A DNA stretch of 64,000 nt. Origin: Acidimicrobiales bacterium (lineage in GTDB: Bacteria > Actinomycetota > Acidimicrobiia > Acidimicrobiales > Aldehydirespiratoraceae). Position numbers and translations under genes: made by a program. Where the stretch lies: contig OZ220692.1 in NCBI GenBank assembly GCA_965116485.1, positions 1,627,152 to 1,691,151 on the forward strand, given 5' to 3'. Under the pieces are notes generated by a model. That model was not told the origin of the DNA, made no database searches, and was given only the letters and a program-made list of their open reading frames with translations. Of the stretch, positions 55,882 to 64,000 are shown in pieces. The first letter of the stretch is position 1. Each line of letters begins with the position of its first letter.

Positions 55882-57351
55882 ATGGCAACCATGTGGCATG
55901 GGAGATTTGAAGCGGATCCGTCGGAATCACTGCAGGCGCTCAACGACTCGCTGCAATTCGACCAGCGGATGTTCCGACAGGACATCGCGGGTTCGCGCGC
56001 GCATGTGCGGATGCTCTGCGAGGTCGGCCTCCTGGAACCCTCTGAGCGTGACGAGATAGTGGCCGCCCTCGAGCGGGTTTCAGAGGAGCTCAGCGACGGC
56101 TCGTTCGAGTTCGTCGAAAGCGATGAGGACATCCACACTGCCGTAGAGCGGCGGGTGTGCGAGTTGGCGGAGGCGGGAGCGAAGCTCCACACGGGCCGGA
56201 GCCGCAACGACCAGGTGGCCACCGATCTCCGCCTCTGGACGAAGTCCGCCATTGACGAGGTCGTGACGCTGGTGCGGGGCCTGCAGCTGACCCTGCTCGG
56301 TGCAGCCGAGTCCGTCGGTGACGCGTACCTTCCCGGATACACCCACCTCCAGCAGGCTCAGCCTGTTCTGCTGGCACACCATTTGTTGGCCCACGGCTGG
56401 GCACTGGGCCGCGATGTCGACCGGCTCAATGACGCCCGAGCACGCCTGGACGTCTCTCCGCTCGGTGCCGGCGCGCTGGCCGGTTCGTCACTTCCCCTCG
56501 ATCCCGAGATGTGTGCGGACGATCTCGGCTTTGCGGGCGTGTTCGACAACAGTCTTGACGCGGTGAGCGACCGCGACTTCGTGGCCGAAACGCTCTTCGG
56601 GTTGGCGCTGCTTGGAGTTCATCTGAGCCGGATCGGCGAGGAGCTGATCTTGTGGTCGTCGAGCGAGTTCGGTTTTGTGACCCTTGACGAGGCCTTCTCA
56701 ACCGGCTCGTCGATGATGCCGCAGAAGAAGAATCCTGACATCGCCGAGTTGGCGAGGGGCAAGGCAGGTCGCTTGATCGGCCACCTGACCGGGTTGATGA
56801 CCACCCTCAAGGGTCTGCCTCTGACCTACAACAAAGACCTTCAAGAGGACAAGGAGCCATTGTTCGACGCGGTCGACACGGTGTTGCTAACGGTTTCCGC
56901 ACTCGATGGCATGATCGAGTCGCTCGAGTTCAACACCTCGCGCATGGCCGAGGCCGCAGCCTCTCCATACGCGGCGGCCACTGACCTGGCTGAATGGCTG
57001 GTGGGGAGGGGAACCCCGTTCCGACAGGCCCATGAGGTGGTCGCCAACCTTGTGCGCCGGTCGCTCGACGGTGAGGGAACCTTCGTTGACCTGGTCGCTG
57101 CCAGCGATGCTCTCGGGCCCGAGGCAGCAGGGTTGCTCGAGCCGGGCGTGTCGGTCACCCGTCGCAACACGCACGGCGGTGGATCGCCCGACGCTGTCGC
57201 AGAGCAGATCCGACGTTTCCGCGCGAGGCTCGAGGGGTCTGGCGGGCTCGATGGGTCTGCTGGCTCGAGGGGTCTGGCGGGCTCGAGGGGTCTGCGGGCT
57301 CCCGGTGAGCCGGAGCGCGGTGACCTGAGCGGTAACGTCGAAACTCGATGA
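55882..57351 (+). CDS. argH: Argininosuccinate lyase with a repeat-encoded C-terminal extension
   Basis: GSSMMPQKKNPD signature. The last ~40 aa (GSGGLDGSAGSRGLAGSRGLRAPGE...) come from a 17-18 bp tandem repeat. Confidence 0.92.
   Translation: MATMWHGRFEADPSESLQALNDSLQFDQRMFRQDIAGSRAHVRMLCEVGLLEPSERDEIVAALERVSEELSDGSFEFVESDEDIHTAVERRVCELAEAGAKLHTGRSRNDQVATDLRLWTKSAIDEVVTLVRGLQLTLLGAAESVGDAYLPGYTHLQQAQPVLLAHHLLAHGWALGRDVDRLNDARARLDVSPLGAGALAGSSLPLDPEMCADDLGFAGVFDNSLDAVSDRDFVAETLFGLALLGVHLSRIGEELILWSSSEFGFVTLDEAFSTGSSMMPQKKNPDIAELARGKAGRLIGHLTGLMTTLKGLPLTYNKDLQEDKEPLFDAVDTVLLTVSALDGMIESLEFNTSRMAEAAASPYAAATDLAEWLVGRGTPFRQAHEVVANLVRRSLDGEGTFVDLVAASDALGPEAAGLLEPGVSVTRRNTHGGGSPDAVAEQIRRFRARLEGSGGLDGSAGSRGLAGSRGLRAPGEPERGDLSGNVETR
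57229..57298. repeat. 17-18 bp tandem repeat x4 in the argH 3' end
   Basis: ctcgaggggtctggcggg / ctcgatgggtctgctgg / ctcgaggggtctggcggg / ctcgaggggtctgcggg. Confidence 0.85.
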
Positions 57352-57382
57352 CAGCCCCAAGCTCAATAGCAGTCCGGACTAG

Positions 57383-58000
57383 ATGACTGGGTGGGTCGCC
57401 GCCGACGACAAGCGCTTGAAGTCCTCGTCGCGCCTCGGCGACGTACGGGAAGCAATCGATCCGCTGGACCGGCCGGCTCTGCGGGAGACGCTGGCCGCGA
57501 TGCGTTCGTTGCTGGCGGAGCGACCTGGGCCGCTGGATCGCCGTGAACGGCCGGGCCACTTCACCGCCAGCGCTCTGGTGGTGAACGTCGAGTTGGATCA
57601 GATCCTGCTGCTGCACCATGCGAAGCTCAGGATCTGGGTGCAGCCGGGGGGCCATGTCGACGGCAACGCGAACCTGATGGCAGTGGCGCTGCGCGAGGCG
57701 ACAGAGGAAACCGGCATTGGAGGCTTGAGGATCTGGCCTCGGGCCGTCGACCTCGACATCCACCGGGTTGATCCGCCGAGCGAGGATGCTCATCTTCACT
57801 ACGATGTGCGTTTCCTGGTGCTCGCACCGCGGTCACCGGTGCTCAACGCCAACCATGAGTCCACCGCCCAACGCTGGGCGTCTCCAGATGACCTGCCGTC
57901 GATGGGCGTCGACGACGGCCTGCAGCGACTGACCCGAACGGGTCTGGCTCTGGCGCGCAGCCTCGGCCAGAGCGCGCGCAGCCTCGGCCACAGCGGTTGA
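57383..58000 (+). CDS. NUDIX hydrolase
   Basis: Nudix box GGHVDGNANLMAVALREATEETGI. The C-terminus carries a 21-bp duplication (LGQSARS x2) near 57951-57992. Confidence 0.8.
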   Translation: MTGWVAADDKRLKSSSRLGDVREAIDPLDRPALRETLAAMRSLLAERPGPLDRRERPGHFTASALVVNVELDQILLLHHAKLRIWVQPGGHVDGNANLMAVALREATEETGIGGLRIWPRAVDLDIHRVDPPSEDAHLHYDVRFLVLAPRSPVLNANHESTAQRWASPDDLPSMGVDDGLQRLTRTGLALARSLGQSARSLGHSG

Positions 58001-58013
58001 GAGTCCTCCGAAC

Positions 58014-58550
58014 CTAGAGATCGAGCGGGGTGTGGCAGGAACTCATGTCGTTGACGTTGGCGAGGCCGTCGATGCGGCGGGTGTAGATCCCGCCCTCGGC
58101 CCGTTCTCGCAGTATGAATCGAAGGTCCGAACCCGTGGCGTCCTCGCCCCACTCGTGCAACTTGTCAACGTGGCGCCAACGGTCCTCCAGATAGGCGTCC
58201 CAGTCAGCGAACCAGGCGTCGAGGATCTGTGAATCGCCCTGATCGGTGACGTGGGCCCGGTAAGCCTCCTTGAGGGCGGCAACCATTGTCTCGGTCAGTT
58301 CGGTTCCGGCGGCGATCTGGTCGTTGCGCTCGCTCACTTTCTCGACATCGCGTCCGGTCGGCAACGCGTCGATTCGGGCTTGCAGCGGCGCGCAGACGGC
58401 TTCGGCGGCTACGGCGAAACTGCGGCTTTGCAGGCGGTCTGGGTTGTCGCGGGGCGCGAACAGGTAGATCCACACCCACATGCCGATGATGGCCAGCACC
58501 ACCAGCGTCAGAGCGACCTTGGTCGACATGTGTCTCAGGTTCGTCGGCAT
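58014..58550 (-). CDS. Membrane-anchored hypothetical protein
   Basis: 178 aa with an N-terminal TM helix (VALTLVVLAIIGMWVWIYLF) and a soluble helical domain. Confidence 0.55.
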   Translation of the reverse strand: MPTNLRHMSTKVALTLVVLAIIGMWVWIYLFAPRDNPDRLQSRSFAVAAEAVCAPLQARIDALPTGRDVEKVSERNDQIAAGTELTETMVAALKEAYRAHVTDQGDSQILDAWFADWDAYLEDRWRHVDKLHEWGEDATGSDLRFILRERAEGGIYTRRIDGLANVNDMSSCHTPLDL

Positions 58551-58577
58551 GGTCAGAACGGCCCAAACATCACTGAC

Positions 58578-61036
58578 CTACTGTTCGGTCTGCGGGTTGA
58601 CCCAGACGGTGACTATCTGGTCGACGACGTCGGTCGTCCCCGGAACCGGGTTCTGGGCCCAGACTCTGCCCACGCGCGTCTCGCTGTCGGCGTCGGGATT
58701 CTGGATCAACCTGGTGATGACGCCGAGTCCTGCGCTCGCCAGTGACTGCTTTGCCTCGCTTTCGAGCAGGCCGACCACATCGGGGACAGGGTCGGCGCTG
58801 GGTTCCACGGCTATCTCGACGGTGATGATCACGCCGCCGGGCACGACCGATCCTGCCGCGGGAACCTGCATGAAGATCGTTCCCGACGGGTAGGCGGTGG
58901 TCTCGCGCTCGACCACGGTGATCATGAAGAACTCCTCTTCCATCTGAAGCCTGAGCTCTTCGTCGACCACGCGACCGAACAGGTCGGGCACGACGATCTC
59001 ATCGGGGGCATTGGGCAGCGTTGTGGTGGTTGAACTGGTAGGCGGGGTCGGGAACTCGCCGAGAGGCATTCCGTCGTGCATCTCATCCATGATCTCTTTC
59101 CAGATCAAGGCTGGGAAGGTGCCGCCGGCGACCGGACGCCCTGCGAACTCGTTGCTCATCGGCACCTGCCCGACGGGATAGCCGACCCACACCGCTGCCG
59201 TGCGCGCCGCGGTGTAGCCGACGAAGGTGGCGTCGGCATTGTTCTGCGATGTCCCCGTCTTGCCGGCCGCAGTGCGACCGCCGTCGAGTTGCGCCCGGGT
59301 ACCGGTTCCGCTGGTGATGGTGCCGGTCAACACCCAGGAGATCTGATCAGCGACCGACGCGCTCAGCACCGGAGCAGGTCTCGGCACGGCTTCGTACAGC
59401 AGCGTTCCGTCGGGGTTGGTGATATGGGTCACGATGATCGGATCGAGCCGCACCCCGGAGCGTTTGAATGTCGAGAAGGCCGTGGCCAGTTCAACCATGT
59501 TGACGTTCTCTGTGCCGAGCACGGCAGCGCACACCGGAGCGATCCTGCCAACTCCGAATCCCAGCTTCTCGGCCATCGAGACGAGGCTGCGCGGACCGAT
59601 GCGCTCGATCAACTGCGCATAGACGGTGTTGATCGAGCTGCGGGTCGCCTCGACGAGCGTGATGCTCGCGACCTCCTCTTCCTCTTCGCCGTCTTCGTCG
59701 AAGCGGCGCACTCCGCCTTTCACCTCCCATGGCTCTCCGCAAACGGGGAGATTGTCGATCTCGATTTCGACGGGAGCTTCCCAGGAGCTGGTGACAGGGA
59801 TGCCGCCCTGAACCGCGGCAGCGAGACCGATCGGTTTCATCGCTGATCCGGCCTGGCGCCCCGATCCGGACGCGAGGTTGAACTTCGCGTCGTCCCGCTC
59901 GCCGAAGAAGTCCCTCCCGCCGAACATGGCGAGAACGTGGCCGTCGTCGCTTGGAGTCGTGCCCATGACCACCGCGGCAGCGTCGGGGTTCTCGGCGCCG
60001 TCCTCTCGAAATCGCGGCAGCGCCCGCTCGACGGCCGCCTCGGTCCTGGCCTGAAGCTCCAGGTCGATGGTGGCATGGATGGTCAGCCCGCCTTCGAAGA
60101 GGAGGCGGGTCCGGTCGTCGCGGGTCTCGCCGAACTGTTCGTTGTCGAGGAACCACTGTTTGACGTCCTCGACGAAGTAAGCGGCCGGATACCTCTCTTC
60201 GAGGATCGGCACGTCGTCGACCAGTTCGATCGGCTCCAGCCGTGCGAATTCATACTCTTCGAGCGTTATGTAGTCGTTGGTGTACATACGCAGCAGCACG
60301 AGGTCGCGCCGGTCGCGGGCTTCATTGGGATTCTGGTAGGGGTTGTAGCGGCTAGGCGCCTGGATGAACCCGGCCAGGGTCGCTGCTTCCACGAGGCTGA
60401 GCTCGGTCACTTTGAGGCAGCCGTCGCCCGCGATGCCCTGCAGAGCGCAGTCGGGTGCGCCGAAATACTGGCGGGCAGCGGCTTCGATGCCGTAGGCGCC
60501 GTTCCCGAAGTAGATCCAGTTGAGGTAGCGCTCGAGGATGAACTCCTTGGTGTAGTGCTGTTCGAAGCGCAACGCCATGAACAGCTCCTCGATCTTGCGA
60601 CTGCCAGTGTTGTCGCTGCGGTCCAAGAAGACGTTGCCCACATACTGCTGGGTGATGGTGGAGCCCCCCTGGCTGATCCCTCCGGCGCTCACGTTGGAGC
60701 GAGCCGCTCGCAGGATGGCCTTGAGGTCGATGCCGTTGTGATCCCAGAAACGCTCGTCCTCGATGGCGATCACTGCGTTCTGGACGATTTCGGGTATGTC
60801 CGCGAAGGCGACGTCGGTGCGGTTCTGCTCCCCCCGCAGACTTGTGATGAGTCTGCCGTTGCGGTCCAGCACGACCGACGACTGTGCTGTCTCGAGATCG
60901 CCGACCGAGAAGTCCGAGCCGAACAATGTGTCGAAGTCCTTGGTCTCGAAGCTGCAGCCCGCGGCGAGGACCGCGATTGCCGCGAGCGCCGCGAGGTGGA
61001 GTCGAGCTCGGCGGCGGGGGCGGCGCATGGCCCCCA
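58578..61036 (-). CDS. Class A penicillin-binding protein (GT51 transglycosylase plus transpeptidase) with C-terminal PASTA domains
   Basis: MGAMRRPRRRARLHLAALAAIAVLAAG TM segment, EDERFWDHNGID and GGSTITQQ (GT51), SAMKP (transpeptidase Ser), and two PASTA-like repeats at the C-terminus. The track ORF runs on to 62612 only for lack of stops. Confidence 0.85.
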
Positions 61037-61169
61037 TTGTGCTCACAAACGAGGCCCGATCCTCACCACCGATATTTGGAACGCGGCTCGGGATTTGATC
61101 TCGTATCGTGGTGCCGCATGACTGAGAACTGCGCGAGTGTTGAAAGCGTCGGCGTCGCCAGACGTTGCT

Positions 61170-61335
61170 CTCCCGCTCTTGTTCGCTGGGTTCCACCTCC
61201 CGCTCTTGTTCGCTGGGTTCCACCTCCCGCTCTTGTTCGCTGGGTTCCACCTCCCGCTCTTGTTCGCTGCGCTCACCGGGCCGCTCGGGCCGCGGGCGGG
61301 CCGCTCGGGCCCCGGGCGGGCCGCTCGGGCCGCGG
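61170..61335. repeat. 27-bp tandem repeat (3.7 copies) followed by a 20-bp GC-rich repeat (3 copies)
   Basis: ctcccgctcttgttcgctgggttccac units start at 61170, 61197, 61224 and 61251. The cgggccgctcgggccgcggg-type units follow at 61277-61335. The array lies between the divergent PBP and tyrS starts. Confidence 0.9.
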
Positions 61336-61370
61336 CCACGCTGCTTGGGCAGTGTGGCGTGGGATATAGC

Positions 61371-62654
61371 ATGACGAACAGCGTGGCCTCCGGGGCGGCT
61401 GTTGTTGATGATCTCGGGTCTCGCGGCTTGCTGCAGGATCACACCGAGGAGGCGGCACTTCGGGAGTTGCTCGAGCCGGGTGATGTCACCTTGTATCACG
61501 GCATCGACCCGACGGCTCCGAGCCTGCACCTCGGCAACCTCATCGGAGTGCTGGTGCTGCGGCGCTTCCAGGACGCCGGGCACCGGCCGATCGCCCTTGT
61601 GGGCGGCGCTACCGGCATGGTCGGTGACCCCAGTTGGCGGTCTGGCGAACGGAACCTCCTCGACCTTGACGAACTTTCCGCGAACGTTGCGGGGATTCGA
61701 TCGCAATTGGAGCGGCTGCTCGACTTCGGCGGAGCGAGCGGAGCTGAGTTGGTCAACAATTATGAATGGACTCGCGATGTGACTTTGCTCGAGTTTCTGC
61801 GTGACGCCGGCAAGCATGTCACCGTCAACCAGATGGTTGCGAAGGACTCGATCCGTTCGAGGATGACCAGCGATGCGGGCATCTCGTTCACGGAGTTCAG
61901 TTACATGCTGCTGCAGGCTTTCGATTTCTGGTGGCTGCACGAGAACCGCGGCTGCAAGTTGCAAATCGGCGGTTCGGACCAGTGGGGCAACATCACCGCC
62001 GGAATCGACTTGATCCGCCGACGCAGCGGGGTTCGCGCCCACGGCCTCACCTGGCCGCTGATGACCCGCAGCGACGGCGCCAAGTTCGGCAAGACTGCTG
62101 AGGGCGCGGTCTGGCTCGACCCTGAGATGACGATGCCCTACGAGTTCCATCAGTACTTCTTGCGAGTCAGCGATGCCGATGTGGAACGCACGCTCATGCA
62201 GTTGACACTGCTGGGAGTCGACGACATTGCAGAGGTCATGGCTGAGCACGCGGCGAACCCCCACAAGCGGGTTGCGCAACATGAGTTGGCCGACTCGGTG
62301 ACCGGTCTGATCCATGGGTCCACTGAACTGCGCCGAGCCAAAAGAGCCGCAGCGGCGCTGTTCGGTGGAGGTGAGCTCGACGCGGAGGGCCTCGAGTCTC
62401 TGCGCGGGACAGTGCCCGAGACGCTGGTCGCAGCCGAATCGGTCGGTCCTGATGAACCGGTCGTCGATCTCTTGGTGGTGACCGGCGTGTGCGCTTCGAA
62501 AGGCGACGCCCGCCGTACGATCAAACAGGGCGGGATCCGGGTCAACGGCCGTCTGGTGACCGGCAGCTCCGAGCCAGTGGAGGCGGTCGGCGGACGTTTT
62601 GCTCTGGTGCAACGCGGTAAGAAGCAGCGGTATTTGGCGGTATTCGACGACTAG
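61371..62654 (+). CDS. tyrS: Tyrosyl-tRNA synthetase
   Basis: LYHGIDPTAPSLHLGNL (HIGH region), KFGKT (KMSKS), C-terminal S4-like domain. ATG at 61371. Confidence 0.92.
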   Translation: MTNSVASGAAVVDDLGSRGLLQDHTEEAALRELLEPGDVTLYHGIDPTAPSLHLGNLIGVLVLRRFQDAGHRPIALVGGATGMVGDPSWRSGERNLLDLDELSANVAGIRSQLERLLDFGGASGAELVNNYEWTRDVTLLEFLRDAGKHVTVNQMVAKDSIRSRMTSDAGISFTEFSYMLLQAFDFWWLHENRGCKLQIGGSDQWGNITAGIDLIRRRSGVRAHGLTWPLMTRSDGAKFGKTAEGAVWLDPEMTMPYEFHQYFLRVSDADVERTLMQLTLLGVDDIAEVMAEHAANPHKRVAQHELADSVTGLIHGSTELRRAKRAAAALFGGGELDAEGLESLRGTVPETLVAAESVGPDEPVVDLLVVTGVCASKGDARRTIKQGGIRVNGRLVTGSSEPVEAVGGRFALVQRGKKQRYLAVFDD

Positions 62655-62710
62655 GTCGATCAGGCGCCGCCGCAGCCCTGCCGATCGCGCAAATTATCGG
62701 CTCGTTCGGG

Positions 62711-62739
62711 TTGCCGCACCCGTGCTGGTTCGGTAGTTT
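62711..62739 (+). promoter_or_regulatory. Candidate rRNA operon promoter (TTGCCG-17-TAGTTT)
   Basis: The hexamers have 17-nt spacing and lie ~410 nt upstream of the 16S start. This is a pattern match only. Confidence 0.3.
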
Positions 62740-63144
62740 GGTTACTCGCCTCGGTGGACGCTAGGTCTGATGAGCGCGTAGTGAGGCATCAACTGGCCGG
62801 TTCATCCGGTCAGCGTGCCTGGCACTCCGGTGTCGAGTGCTCCTTGAAAACGGAAGAGACGGACGCAAAGCGAGTGCGGGTGACGTTTTGGATTTCGCGA
62901 TCCGAAACGGCATCTGTCAATTTGAAACCGGGGTTCTCAACGGCCCCGGTGAGCCAGTCCGTCCAGCTCCAACTGGACGGGCGAACCTCTTCGATCACCG
63001 ATCGGTGAGCGGAGAGGAAACTGGTCACTGCAAGCCAGCGGTGGCCGGCTCTACGTAAACGCTGGGTGCCTCACGCGATCACTCCGTGTGATTGAGGCAT
63101 CCGCAAACCGATCTGAAGGCCGGCTCTGCTGGTCGAAAGATCTC

Positions 63145-64000
<856 letters not shown>

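Noticed and set aside
61037-62612. Extension of the PBP ORF to 1344 aa, covering tyrS on the opposite strand.
   Set aside because: The frame is open only by chance. The recognisable PBP begins at MGAMRRPRRR plus a TM helix (61036), and tyrS is clearly the real gene on the plus strand.

Overview
High-GC actinobacterial chromosome segment. The partial 16S at the right edge looks Acidimicrobiia-like, but I cannot verify that without a database. (1) 1-25 kb holds the conserved yraN-comM-dprA-xerC-M23-rpsB-tsf-pyrH-frr-cdsA-dxr-rseP block. A redox and metabolic block follows: PLP decarboxylase, tpx, a gutted P450, an APH-like kinase, two LLM oxidoreductases, a hydratase, a CoA-transferase, the CBS plus cystathionine gamma-lyase pair, and an acyl-CoA dehydrogenase. 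Hidden in this block is a SelW/Rdx-like selenoprotein candidate that the ORF track truncates at an in-frame TGA (CVPU motif plus a SECIS-like hairpin). (2) 25.1-47.4 kb is an integrase-headed, IS-scarred accessory region and the most interesting part. It encodes a 1287-aa secreted protein with undescribed 11-aa and 10-aa repeat arrays, Calx-beta-like and FN3 modules. It also carries three copies of an FN3-tail plus small 3-TM protein module. A tandem array of bicistronic cassettes follows, each a conserved Cys-terminated coding segment plus a divergent small 2-TM protein, resembling orphan toxin/immunity arrays. Finally there is a 2.4-3.0 kb segmental duplication whose two copies are near-identical except for a diverged patch. 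That patch covers a small 2-TM protein and the C-terminal hydrophobic tail of a convergent secreted Cys/Trp-rich protein. Other content includes ISL3 and IS481 fragments, a frameshifted sulfatase, a deleted fumA copy and an orphan P-loop ATPase. (3) 47.4-64 kb holds a thioredoxin-fold gene, argCJBDFRGH, a NUDIX gene, a class A PBP with PASTA domains, tyrS, the rRNA leader and the 16S 5' part. Short tandem repeats (17-72 bp units) recur at gene ends and in intergenic regions throughout. All calls rest on reading the translations and the DNA by eye; no searches were run.
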